A stretch of DNA of 64,000 bases from Candidatus Latescibacterota bacterium. Lineage in GTDB: Bacteria; Latescibacterota; UBA2968; UBA8231. Made by a program: the position numbers and the translations under genes. Positions 1 to 8,786 of this stretch are shown piece by piece; within the stretch, counting starts at the first letter, position 1, and each line of letters opens with the position of its first letter. The stretch covers positions 3,104,001 to 3,168,000 of the forward strand of contig OZ253462.1 in the NCBI GenBank assembly GCA_965261395.1, given 5' to 3'. Below the pieces are notes generated by a model. The model was given only the letters and a program-made list of their open reading frames with translations. It made no database searches and had not been told where the DNA came from.

Positions 1-351
1 GCCGCGGCGCAGGCGTATCGCCACGTGTTGCGCGACTTCCCCGAAGATCGAGCTACGTGGCGCAACTTGGGCCGGGTGCTCTATCTCGACGGCCGCTTTG
101 AGGAGGCTTTGGAGGCCCTCGATGGCGTGCTGGCCATTGACCCGGAAGACCGCGTTGCCCACTACCATCGGATGCTTTCGCTGCGTGCTCTCGGCCGCGA
201 GGATGAAGCCCTCGTCGCCGAGCGAGCTTACCAGTACTACCAGATTGACGAGTCGGCTCAAGAGCTGACGCGCCGCTACCGGCTAGAGCATCCACACGAC
301 AACCGCGAGGCCCTTAAAATCCATGTTCATCCGCTGGGGGAGGGTGGTTAG
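1..351 (+). CDS. TPR-repeat protein, C-terminal part (5' end outside the window)
   Basis: Frame is open from the window edge; TPR-like helices (ATWRNLGRVLYLDGRFEEALEAL..VLAIDPED..AHYH); ends in TAG at 349-351. Confidence 0.75.
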   Translation, partial: AAAQAYRHVLRDFPEDRATWRNLGRVLYLDGRFEEALEALDGVLAIDPEDRVAHYHRMLSLRALGREDEALVAERAYQYYQIDESAQELTRRYRLEHPHDNREALKIHVHPLGEGG

Positions 352-566
352 GAGCTTGCCCGTTGAGGGCGAACGTGGAGAATTTCCTCCATGCCTAGCG
401 CCCGCACTTGGTCGGCCTCTAGGGTGAGGACGGCTTGGTTGGGAAACTCCACCTCGTAAGCGACTCCTCCGCCGTGAATGAAGACCACGACTCCGACATC
501 GCCGGCGATCAGCTCGGCTTCGGGTTGATCGGCTGTCAGAACAGCCCGTCGGTGTTCGGCTATCAT
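348..566 (-). CDS. DUF4926 family protein (putative antitoxin/immunity partner)
   Basis: Pattern EHxxxVLTxDxPxxxLxAGDVGxVVxIxxGGxAYEVEF is typical of DUF4926; starts 3 nt after the upstream partner's stop. Confidence 0.75.
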   Translation of the reverse strand: MIAEHRRAVLTADQPEAELIAGDVGVVVFIHGGGVAYEVEFPNQAVLTLEADQVRALGMEEILHVRPQRASS

Positions 567-569
567 AGA

Positions 570-881
570 CTAACTCCTTTGTGGAACGGCTGTTACAAAA
601 CGCAGTGTGGTCTCGCCTTGGCGGACAAACCATACGGTACGAAAATAAAACAGGCCGTATGAAGGTGTGTCAATATATCCAAGGATAATGTATTTGGTGC
701 CGTGTTTTGTTTCAATGCGTTCGGCAAGCGGTTGAGTCCTGACGATGACCAGCAGACTTTGGCGTAAATCCCCGATGTTGTGGTCGCTATAGCCTAGTAT
801 CGCAAATAGACCGCTCTTGCTGTCGTCGTGCAATAGATAAGTCAATTTTGCGTCGGCGATGTAGGCTGCGCTGCGATTCAT
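570..881 (-). CDS. DUF6883-like protein (putative toxin)
   Basis: AYIADAKLTYLL...KSGLF..LGY...GTKY...RTVW...RFVTAVP; this family is commonly found upstream of DUF4926; visibly more AT-rich than the flanks. Confidence 0.65.
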   Translation of the reverse strand: MNRSAAYIADAKLTYLLHDDSKSGLFAILGYSDHNIGDLRQSLLVIVRTQPLAERIETKHGTKYIILGYIDTPSYGLFYFRTVWFVRQGETTLRFVTAVPQRS

Positions 882-936
882 GCCAAGCTAGTCCGATTGC
901 ATTCTTTTAAGGTGTCGGTTACTCTAGCAAACACCT

Positions 937-2772
937 GTGTATCACACCTTTCACATCGCAAGGCTTAATGGGAAGAATATGACGAGGAAGTACGCAATAG
1001 GATGCAAATTTTATGCCAACATCTTCTTGGTCGGCGCGTTGCTGCTGGCCGCCTGCGGTCCGGAAGAACCTTCTGAACCGGCTCCGACGCCCGAGTACAC
1101 TAAAGCGCCCACCGCTGATTACGCGGTGGGGCACGGACGGCAAAAAGCCCCTGCGGTGCGCTTTGTCGATGTGACGCGAGAGGCCGGTCTCGAATTCAGG
1201 CACGAGACCGGTGCGCGCGGCGACAAGTGGATGCCGGAAACTATGGGCAGCGGCTGCGCGCTTTTTGATTACGATGGCGACGGTTGGCTGGACGTGCTCT
1301 TGGTCAACAGCGAAGGCTGGCAGGGCGAAAAGGCCCCCGGCAAGCTCTACCGCAATCTCGGCAACGGCACCTTTGCCGACGCAACGCAACGCGCTGGCCT
1401 AGACTTTTCTGTCTATGGCATGGGCGCGACGATTGCCGACTACGACGCCGATGGCGATCCGGATATTTACCTGACGACCTTGGGGCCTAATCTGCTCTTG
1501 CGCAACGACGCGGGCCGCTTTGTCGATGTGGCGCGGGAAGCGGGCGTGGCGGGCGCGGTCTGGCGCGACGATGCGGGCAATGAGAATCCCGAATGGTCCA
1601 CGGGCGCGGCCTGGGTCGATGTGGATGGCGACGGCTGGCTGGATCTGTTGGTCACCAACTACGTGCGCTGGTCGCCCAGCACTGACATATACACCACGCA
1701 AGACGGCAAGGAAAAATCCTATGCCACGCCACAGCAGTACCCCGGCTCGACGCCCCGGCTCTACCGCAATCTGGGCGCGGGCCGCTTCCGGGAGATAACC
1801 GAAGAAGCCGGCCTGCTGTTGCCCGAGGGCAAATCTATGGGCGTGGCCATGACCGACTTTGAAGACGACGGCCGCATCGACTTGGTCGTCACCAACGACA
1901 CCCAGCCCAATTTCCTGTTGCAAAACTTAGGTGGGGGTCGCTTTGCGGAGCGGGGGCTCGCCGCGGGCATTGGCTACGATGAGAGCGGGCGAGCGCGAGC
2001 GGGGATGGGCGTAGATATTGCATCGGTCGCCAACGACGGCGTGCTCTCCATCGCCATTGGCAACTTCAGTCGCGAGGCGCTCTCGCTCTACCGCCAAGCT
2101 GGCAGCGAGGTTTTCGTCGATGGCGCAGGTAGGGCTAGACTGATGCAGGCGACGCTGCGGCCGCTGACCTTTGGGCTGCGCTTTTTCGACTACGATCTCG
2201 ACGGCTATCAGGACCTGATCTTGGCCAATGGGCACATCGAGCCGGAGATCAACTCGGTGCAGAAGGAGATCGAGTACCAGCAGGCACCGCAGTTGTTTTG
2301 GAACGACGGCGACGGGCGGATGGTCGAGGTGTCAGAGCAGACCGGTGGGCTGTTCCTCAAGCCGCTGGTGGCGCGGGGATTGGCTGTCGGCGATATCGAC
2401 GCCGATGGCGACTTGGACGTATTGCTGACGACCAATGGCGGCCCGGCTTATCTATTGCGCAACGAGGGGCCGACCGGCCGTGCGGTGGCGCTCGACCTGA
2501 CGGGTAAGGCACCCAACCGAGACGCCATCGGCGCGAAGGTGACGGCGCAGGTGGGGGAACAGAAGCAGGTGTTCATGGTGCGCACGGGGTCTTCCTATCT
2601 GAGCCACAGCCCGACGACGCTAACCGTTGGCTTGGGCGCGGCTGAGCAGATCGACCGCTTGGAGATTCGCTGGCCGGATGGGACGGTAGAAACCCTCGAA
2701 CAGCTCGCGGCCGGGGCGCACTACGAAATCGCGCAGGGTGAGGGGATTGTGGGGAAGAGGGCCTTTCAATAG
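937..2772 (+). CDS. CRTAC1-family FG-GAP repeat / ASPIC-UnbV lipoprotein
   Basis: Repeated DxDxDGxxD (FG-GAP) motifs; C-terminal GSSYLSHS...IRWPDG (UnbV/ASPIC); lipobox LLAAC. The true start may be the ATG at 979. Confidence 0.88.
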   Translation: MYHTFHIARLNGKNMTRKYAIGCKFYANIFLVGALLLAACGPEEPSEPAPTPEYTKAPTADYAVGHGRQKAPAVRFVDVTREAGLEFRHETGARGDKWMPETMGSGCALFDYDGDGWLDVLLVNSEGWQGEKAPGKLYRNLGNGTFADATQRAGLDFSVYGMGATIADYDADGDPDIYLTTLGPNLLLRNDAGRFVDVAREAGVAGAVWRDDAGNENPEWSTGAAWVDVDGDGWLDLLVTNYVRWSPSTDIYTTQDGKEKSYATPQQYPGSTPRLYRNLGAGRFREITEEAGLLLPEGKSMGVAMTDFEDDGRIDLVVTNDTQPNFLLQNLGGGRFAERGLAAGIGYDESGRARAGMGVDIASVANDGVLSIAIGNFSREALSLYRQAGSEVFVDGAGRARLMQATLRPLTFGLRFFDYDLDGYQDLILANGHIEPEINSVQKEIEYQQAPQLFWNDGDGRMVEVSEQTGGLFLKPLVARGLAVGDIDADGDLDVLLTTNGGPAYLLRNEGPTGRAVALDLTGKAPNRDAIGAKVTAQVGEQKQVFMVRTGSSYLSHSPTTLTVGLGAAEQIDRLEIRWPDGTVETLEQLAAGAHYEIAQGEGIVGKRAFQ

Positions 2773-3650
2773 ATCAAGCGGCCCTTTTGGTCGTGGCTGA
2801 CCTTGTCGGGGTCGTGCGGCCCGGAGTGGGCGCGCTTGGCCTCCCCTTTTTTATAGCGGTGGCGCATTTCCGTTTGCCGCCACTGCAAAAAACTGCGTTC
2901 CTGTGCGTCGCGGTTGCGCGCCGAAGCTGGGGCCGGGATTTCGATGGTGGCGTAGGTGATTTCGCTCACCCGGCGCGACAAAGCGATAATCTCTCCTTTG
3001 CTGATGACCAAGGTGACGCCGACGTTGGCCTCGACAATGGCGACGCCGTTTTCGCGCGCCCGGGCTAACACGGCGTGGTCTTGGCTTTTGGAGCGGGAGC
3101 CGAAGGAGGGAATGAGCAGGTACTGTGCCCCGTCGAGCACTGGGATGCGGGCGATGTCGGGATTCCAGCGGTCGTTGCAGATGAGGAAGCCACAGCGACC
3201 AAACGGAGTGTCAAAGGCATGGGCATGGGCACCGAGGCGGTTGTACCACCAAGAGGGATGGTAGCCCTCGGCCAACTGCATTTTGTGGTACTTGCCGCAC
3301 AGGCGACCCCGGTGGTCGATGAAGACGGCGCAGTTGTACACATCGTCGCCGATGCGCTCAGCTAGCCCAAAGGCTAGGCATATTCCCAGTTCGCGGGCCA
3401 GCTCGCGGAAGCGACCCATGACCGGGCCGCGCGTGGTGACGGCCACGTCCCGCATCCGTTCTTCCGGCTCCTCTCCCGTGATCAATTCCATAACCACATA
3501 GCCTTCTAACACCCCTTCGGGTGCCAAGGCCAGTTGGGCACCGCCTTTAGCAGCGGCGCGGAACATGGCCTCTAGGTGGTCGGCGTTGCCGGTTAGGTCG
3601 AATTTTTTAGGTCTGAAGGAAATGGCGGCGACATCTACAGATTGGTACAT
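2766..3650 (-). CDS. carbon-nitrogen hydrolase (nitrilase superfamily)
   Basis: Catalytic triad motifs PEG, YHK and ICND; start moved to the ATG at 3650, which has an AGGAG Shine-Dalgarno (SD). Confidence 0.85.
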   Translation of the reverse strand: MYQSVDVAAISFRPKKFDLTGNADHLEAMFRAAAKGGAQLALAPEGVLEGYVVMELITGEEPEERMRDVAVTTRGPVMGRFRELARELGICLAFGLAERIGDDVYNCAVFIDHRGRLCGKYHKMQLAEGYHPSWWYNRLGAHAHAFDTPFGRCGFLICNDRWNPDIARIPVLDGAQYLLIPSFGSRSKSQDHAVLARARENGVAIVEANVGVTLVISKGEIIALSRRVSEITYATIEIPAPASARNRDAQERSFLQWRQTEMRHRYKKGEAKRAHSGPHDPDKVSHDQKGRLIY

Positions 3651-3661
3651 GGGTTCGTCTC

Positions 3662-5038
3662 CTATTCTTCTTTGCGGCAAAAGCGCAGCGCGTACAGGTC
3701 GGCGTCGTACAGCACAAAGCGCAAACGCACCGGTCGGCCGGCCAACGGGCCTACTCCAGCACCCGATTTCCACTGCACAGCTAAATCCGTCTGATCTTGA
3801 AAAAGCTCGGGCGAGTCGGCCAGTGACAGGCCGGGGAAGGGCTTGCCGTTTTCGTCTTGGACCTCGACGCGGATGCTGCCGGCCGCGGAGGTGGACATGT
3901 TGAGCCGCAACTGATCGCCGCTAAAGATCAGGGGCTTGGTGGTGAACTGGCCGCCGCGATAGGGCGCTTGCACCGAGGCGAAACCATCCAAGCGCATCGT
4001 CAGACGGCGGATGCAGGAGGTGGGCATGCGCCAGTGCTCGGTCATGTAGAGCGACAGTTCGGCCGGTCCGGTGCGCAGCAGGCCGCGCATGATGTACACG
4101 CTGCGGTCGTGCCAATTGCCGGGGTTGGGCCCCGGGCGCACGAAAGCTTCGGGGAAGAGGCGGTCGAAGTGGAGGCCGTCGTGGCTGCTCATTAGCACGC
4201 CATCGTTGACCCCGGGATACGGCCAACCGGGCGTGGGGCTGCGGCTGTTGACAAAGCGCGAGGGGAACATCAGGTAGAGGCCGGGGGAACGCTCGTAGGG
4301 AACGCAGGAATTGGTGTACATGTGCTCCAGCGGCGCATCGCCGGTGTCGATGGCTGCTAGCGGACTCCAGTGGACAAAGTCGTCGGAGGTGGCGCGGCGG
4401 ATCCAGCGCACGCCTTCCTTAAAGGCGCGGGTGGCACCGTGGCCTAGTTCGCCGTCGCAGCGGATGCCGCGGGTGTACATGACGTATTGGCCGGTCCACG
4501 GGTCGCGGAAGGCGATATTGTGCGAGTCGAACGGGCCTTCGGTTTGCACGGGTTCGGGGTTTTTGCGCCAGTGCAGGCCGTCGGGCGAGGTCGCCGTGTA
4601 AATGGCACCGCGTCGGCCGATGCCTTTATAGCGCTCTTGCTCCGGGGCTGCTGGATCGAGGAACGGGGAGAAGTTGACTAGGTCGGGATCGTCGATGACC
4701 AAGTTATTGGCCGTCGAGCCTTGGAAGTCGACTAGGCCCAGCTCTGGTTTGTGCCAAGTGATGCCGTCGCTGCTTTCGGCATAGGCGGTGCAGGCTCGGT
4801 CGGTTTTGTTGTTGTCGGCGTGGGGGATGCAGCGGTACCAAGCGCGGAAGCGGTCGCCGTCTTTAAAGAGCACGGCGTAGGCGAGGCCGCCTTCTTCATA
4901 GGGATGGTCGATGCGCACTGCGGCGTTGCGGCGCATGGGCTGGTGGAGGACTTGGCGGGCGTCGTGTAGCTCGTCGATGAGGCGGCGGTCGAGCAGTAGT
5001 TGGCGGTCGGAGCCGATGGGGATGGGGGTGTCGGGCAT
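3662..5038 (-). CDS. five-bladed beta-propeller glycoside hydrolase-like protein (GH32/GH130-like clan)
   Basis: YAESSDGITWHKP, SPDGLHW, FDSHN, TSDDFVHW, RLDGFAS motifs and a C-terminal beta-sandwich; paralogue of 29345-30898. Confidence 0.7.
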   Translation of the reverse strand: MPDTPIPIGSDRQLLLDRRLIDELHDARQVLHQPMRRNAAVRIDHPYEEGGLAYAVLFKDGDRFRAWYRCIPHADNNKTDRACTAYAESSDGITWHKPELGLVDFQGSTANNLVIDDPDLVNFSPFLDPAAPEQERYKGIGRRGAIYTATSPDGLHWRKNPEPVQTEGPFDSHNIAFRDPWTGQYVMYTRGIRCDGELGHGATRAFKEGVRWIRRATSDDFVHWSPLAAIDTGDAPLEHMYTNSCVPYERSPGLYLMFPSRFVNSRSPTPGWPYPGVNDGVLMSSHDGLHFDRLFPEAFVRPGPNPGNWHDRSVYIMRGLLRTGPAELSLYMTEHWRMPTSCIRRLTMRLDGFASVQAPYRGGQFTTKPLIFSGDQLRLNMSTSAAGSIRVEVQDENGKPFPGLSLADSPELFQDQTDLAVQWKSGAGVGPLAGRPVRLRFVLYDADLYALRFCRKEE

Positions 5039-5140
5039 GGTGGCCTCTGGGGTGGGTAGGTGGAGCGTCGGCGGGCGTATTATAGCTAACGTAAGTCTGA
5101 TCTACAACTTAACAAGTCTTGTTCACCCTATCCCATCTAC

Positions 5141-5169
5141 TTGCTATTCGGACACTTGTGTCCTATTCT
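5141..5169 (+). promoter_or_regulatory. sigma70-like promoter of hicAB with palindromic operator (probably leaderless)
   Basis: TTGCTA(5141-5146)-17 nt-TATTCT(5164-5169); GGACAC-TT-GTGTCC inverted repeat at 5150-5163; GTG start at 5177 has no SD. Confidence 0.6.
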
Positions 5170-5176
5170 GTAGAAC

Positions 5177-5392
5177 GTGAAAGGCAGAGAATTCATAACC
5201 CGGGTTTTTGAGCTTGGCGCGGAGCGCGCGGTTTCCGTTCACCTCGATACCAAGCGCGGTAAGGGAAGTCACGTCACGCTGTATTACGGTACGTGTAAGA
5301 CCGTCGTAAAAGATCGCCGCAAGGAGCTTGCTCCCGGCCTTCTATCCGCTATGATCCGTCAACTAGGCCTCAACCGCAGCGACTTTCAATGA
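5177..5392 (+). CDS. hicA: type II TA toxin HicA
   Basis: 71 aa, basic, GKGSH motif, C-terminal GLLSAMIRQLGL. Confidence 0.85.
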   Translation: MKGREFITRVFELGAERAVSVHLDTKRGKGSHVTLYYGTCKTVVKDRRKELAPGLLSAMIRQLGLNRSDFQ

Positions 5393-5413
5393 GGTAGGAA
5401 AAAGGAGATCGTC

Positions 5414-5842
5414 ATGCAGTTTCGCTATCCCGTACGGCTTCAGCCTGATTGCTCGGGCGAGATCATCGTCTCGTTCCGGGATCTTCCCGAATGTCTCACG
5501 TCCGGCACAGACGAAGTTGAAGCTCTCATGGAAGCTCGCGATGCGCTTGAGGAAGCTATAGCTGGACGCATTGACGATGGCGAGCCGATCCCGGTGCCAA
5601 CTCGACGGCGTGCCGGTGAGCAGCTCATCGCCGTGCCGCCAGATATGGCTGCGAAGGCTGCGTTCGTGCTGGCGTTCCGCGCTAGTGGGCTATCGCGCCT
5701 TGCCTTGGCCCGCCGCCTCGGCGTCAACGAGAAAGTCGTGCGTCGCATGCTCGACCCGCGTCACCACACGGCCGCCAACCGGATTCACAAGGCCCTGCGC
5801 GCACTCGGTCAGGAACTCATCGTGGAGTCGCGTGCGGCGTAG
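5414..5842 (+). CDS. hicB: type II TA antitoxin HicB with C-terminal HTH
   Basis: YPV..VSFRDLPECLTSG..EALMEARDAL..IPVP plus HTH; AAGGAG SD; directly downstream of hicA. Confidence 0.88.
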   Translation: MQFRYPVRLQPDCSGEIIVSFRDLPECLTSGTDEVEALMEARDALEEAIAGRIDDGEPIPVPTRRRAGEQLIAVPPDMAAKAAFVLAFRASGLSRLALARRLGVNEKVVRRMLDPRHHTAANRIHKALRALGQELIVESRAA

Positions 5843-5911
5843 CAGTTGCAGGCAGACCTCTTTCCTACGTCGCCACTGACTAGCGACTGTCAGCCATTTT
5901 GAAACGGAACT

Positions 5912-5995
5912 ATGGTGAACTCAGAACAGCTTGGCAAAACCGTTTCGGACGTTGAAGTAACCAATATATCGGCTCACGGGATATGGCTTCTCGTC
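5912..5995 (+). pseudogene. truncated DUF2442-like gene (N-terminal 28 codons only)
   Basis: MVNSEQLGKTVSDVEVTNISAHGIWLLV resembles the DUF2442 N-terminus (VEVTNISxHGxWLL); the sequence then runs into the antisense strand of the endonuclease. Confidence 0.55.
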
Positions 5996-6446
5996 AGCGT
6001 CGTAAAACACGACATCCGGCATCTTGCCGTGATCGGTGATCGAGATGCCGAGTTCAGCAAGGCCATCCCTGTCCACGTACAGGTTCTTCTTGGCGGTGTC
6101 GCCGACATAGAGTAGGCGTGCGCCGGGAGCGAAGCGGGGGCCGAATTCTTCCACGACAGCTTTTTGCACTTCGTTGTGCTTGCCCGGGGAGAACTGAAGC
6201 TCCTGCCCATCGGCTAGCTTGAGCGGAATCATGGTGAGAAGCCGTTCACGCTCGTAGCGCTCTACAAGAGTGCCCTGCTCGTGGCGGAATTTGTCCACAG
6301 CCGAATCCCAATCTTTCGTCCCATAGTGCCGCACGGCTTCCAAGGCCGCTTCCGTGATGGCGTAGTGAGCGCGCGGGCTGTTGGTCGGGAGGTCGGGTTC
6401 GAACGGGTTGTAAGAGGATTTCCCTAGCTTCTTCAATGCTGGCCAA
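5996..6446 (-). pseudogene. BsuBI/PstI-family type II restriction endonuclease, inactivated
   Basis: GGAGGAGG SD and TTG at 6446 give MASIEEAREIL, then a frame jump at about 6413 to YNPFEPDLPTNSPRAHY...SPGKHN...EEFGPRF...YVGDT...HGKMPDVVFYD; the sequence stops before the C-terminal catalytic segment. Confidence 0.78.
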
Positions 6447-8088
6447 CGACTGCCTCCTCCAACTCGGGATGGGCAATCAGGTCCATGACAAGCCGATCCA
6501 GGCCTTCCATGGGGTCCGCGAGATGCTTCACGCACTGACCAAGCGCGATGATCGTTTGGTGCGCAGGAAGCCGCATGGCACGCAGTTCGGTGGCGCTCAC
6601 TTGGGTGTTGCCGTTGACCGCACGGAACCATGTATCGAGCAAGCGGCTGTTGTAGAGCGCCGCCAGACCCCATGCTTCGTCTTCGGCGAGCGTACCTCCA
6701 GGCCGGTGGATGTAGTTGAGATGATTTTCGAATCCGACCTCGGGGGTCGCGAAGTCCGTCGCAATGTAGGGAGCCGCAGTCAGCCGTCGCGCCTCTTCTT
6801 TGGCGCTAAAGCGGCGCATGAGTACGTAATTCCTGTTCGGCAGGAGAAGAGCCTCGGTGCCGGAACGCTCGATGTACTCCGGCTTATGTCCATTGAGCGG
6901 CCAAGTGGCCTGCATCGCGTGCACGTGGTTCATCCACAGGAGCGGGACATGGCTCTCCGGCACCTTGCCTTCCTTGCATATGAACTCCGTTGCACGGAAC
7001 GCGACCACGGGGCCAGTCGAGATATCTAGGCCGAAGCTGCGGAGGCTATCCGGCCATGAATCCACCAGAGCCAGCGCGTCGTCATCTTCTTCACAGATCG
7101 GCAATCGGAGAATCTTGTTTGTGGAATCGAGATCGAGAGCCGTGTTCAACGGAATCTCGCGACGGTTGGATTCACCGATATCACGGACCCCGCGGCTTGA
7201 TGAAATGACAAACGGCGCGTCGGTTTTACTCCGATGACGGAGATCTTGACGGGTGCCGAAAACAATGACGTTCTCCTGCAGCACCTCGTCTCGGCTGAAG
7301 GCGTCGCGTCGGGATCCGAACACATGGACTTCCGTTGGGCGGATCATGTTAAAGAAAACGTTCCTGAACTGCCGGAAGTAAGGGCCGGAGGTAAAACTTC
7401 GAGGTGTGATGAATACGAAGTCGCCATTTTCGCGCAGTAGTACGGCACTGACCGCCATGAAGAGCGCATAGATATTTGGCTGGCCGTGAACTACGGTAGA
7501 AGCAGCGCTCGCACGCGGGTCGGCCTTGCTGATCTTGAAGTAGGGAGGGTTGGCGATAACGATATCAAAGTCTTCGGCTACCGATCGATGGGGAAAGAGT
7601 TCGCCGAACGAACGTAATGTCTCGGCGTGCGCCATGATGAAGTCGGTCTCCTCGACCTGCACGGAGACCGTCACTCCATGGCCGCGACACCAATCGACAA
7701 GATAGTCGATAACGGCATGTAGCGGCGCGATCAGGTCCCCATCGACCTCATGGACGACCAGTTCGATGATATCCGGCTTTGAATCGCGGGAGACAAGCGC
7801 TTCTATGGCCGCACAGCATAGAATGCCTGCGCCTGCGGCGGGATCGAGAACCCGCAGCTTTGGCCCACTCACCTTGATCCGCCCGGCCATGAAATCCGCA
7901 GCGGCGACTAGCGTGAGATATAGACCGTGATTTTTGCGGTGTTCGTCGGATTTCCGTTCGACGTAACACGCCCCTACGCGATCTGCATAGACAACGGGTC
8001 GTTCCCCCTCTTGAGGGACAGGAAATACCGATGGCGCAGGTCGCGCATGGTAGATTGCGTCCTTTTTCACTGCTTGGCCTAGCCTCAT
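6433..8088 (-). CDS. N6-adenine DNA methyltransferase (Eco57I-domain, BsuBI/PstI-type)
   Basis: Motif I VLDPAAGAG, motif IV NPPY, ISTGPVVAFR, RRFSAKEE, ENHLN, NGNTQVSATEL; overlaps the endonuclease start. Confidence 0.88.
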   Translation of the reverse strand: MRLGQAVKKDAIYHARPAPSVFPVPQEGERPVVYADRVGACYVERKSDEHRKNHGLYLTLVAAADFMAGRIKVSGPKLRVLDPAAGAGILCCAAIEALVSRDSKPDIIELVVHEVDGDLIAPLHAVIDYLVDWCRGHGVTVSVQVEETDFIMAHAETLRSFGELFPHRSVAEDFDIVIANPPYFKISKADPRASAASTVVHGQPNIYALFMAVSAVLLRENGDFVFITPRSFTSGPYFRQFRNVFFNMIRPTEVHVFGSRRDAFSRDEVLQENVIVFGTRQDLRHRSKTDAPFVISSSRGVRDIGESNRREIPLNTALDLDSTNKILRLPICEEDDDALALVDSWPDSLRSFGLDISTGPVVAFRATEFICKEGKVPESHVPLLWMNHVHAMQATWPLNGHKPEYIERSGTEALLLPNRNYVLMRRFSAKEEARRLTAAPYIATDFATPEVGFENHLNYIHRPGGTLAEDEAWGLAALYNSRLLDTWFRAVNGNTQVSATELRAMRLPAHQTIIALGQCVKHLADPMEGLDRLVMDLIAHPELEEAVVGQH

Positions 8089-8157
8089 AATAGGTTATGT
8101 TCAATAAACTGAGCTTACGATGAGGGATGCTCTACATCAAGGGGTTCACGCCTACTA

Positions 8158-8733
8158 CTATTTCCGCAGCGATTTCTTCAACAAGCTGCCCCAGATTCTG
8201 TCATAGGGATGGACGACCTTTACCCGCTCGTTTCCCCGGTAAACCGGTCGCCCCTCGTTTGCCCAGGCGAAGATGGATCCTTCCAGATTATAGACCTCTG
8301 TATATCCCTTCTTCATTAGAAACTGGGCAAGTTCTGACGAGCGGTACCCCACGGAACAGTACAAAACAATACGCTGGTCCGCTGGTACTCCTTGGAGCGC
8401 TTTTAGGGCCTCGTCTTTCGAGGGGGCTGGCCGGGCACCCTGCAGATGGCTAACGGCATATTCCTCGGGTTCTCGGACGTCGAACAGCAGGAGGTTTTCC
8501 CGCTGCGGAGATTCGTCGAGCCAGGATTGTAGCGTATCGGTCGAGACTCGGGCGACCGTTGGAAATCTGGCGCGGATCATCTTCAGCGTCATCGACCAGA
8601 ACATGGTGTTATCCTCGCTTTCTTTTGGTGCCTCGGCACCGGCCGGTGCGGATGCGGCGACGCCAATACATATCGCTAGTAGTAGGGCAAACATGAGACC
8701 TGTCTTAAATTGGTGGAGGTCGAGTCGGTGCAT
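8158..8733 (-). CDS. rhodanese-like domain protein, secreted
   Basis: DVREPEEYAVSHL, YCSVGYRS active loop, NLEGSIFAW; N-terminal signal peptide. Confidence 0.85.
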   Translation of the reverse strand: MHRLDLHQFKTGLMFALLLAICIGVAASAPAGAEAPKESEDNTMFWSMTLKMIRARFPTVARVSTDTLQSWLDESPQRENLLLFDVREPEEYAVSHLQGARPAPSKDEALKALQGVPADQRIVLYCSVGYRSSELAQFLMKKGYTEVYNLEGSIFAWANEGRPVYRGNERVKVVHPYDRIWGSLLKKSLRK

Positions 8734-8786
8734 AAGGATGATCCAATCCGATGGATGAATACTATAGAAGAGGAGGAGCTGATCCG

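Noticed and set aside
5921-6673. 250-aa ORF read as an intact endonuclease
   Set aside because: Its first ~85 aa are an alternative frame of the MTase and its last ~22 aa are antisense to the DUF2442 remnant; only the middle is endonuclease-like.
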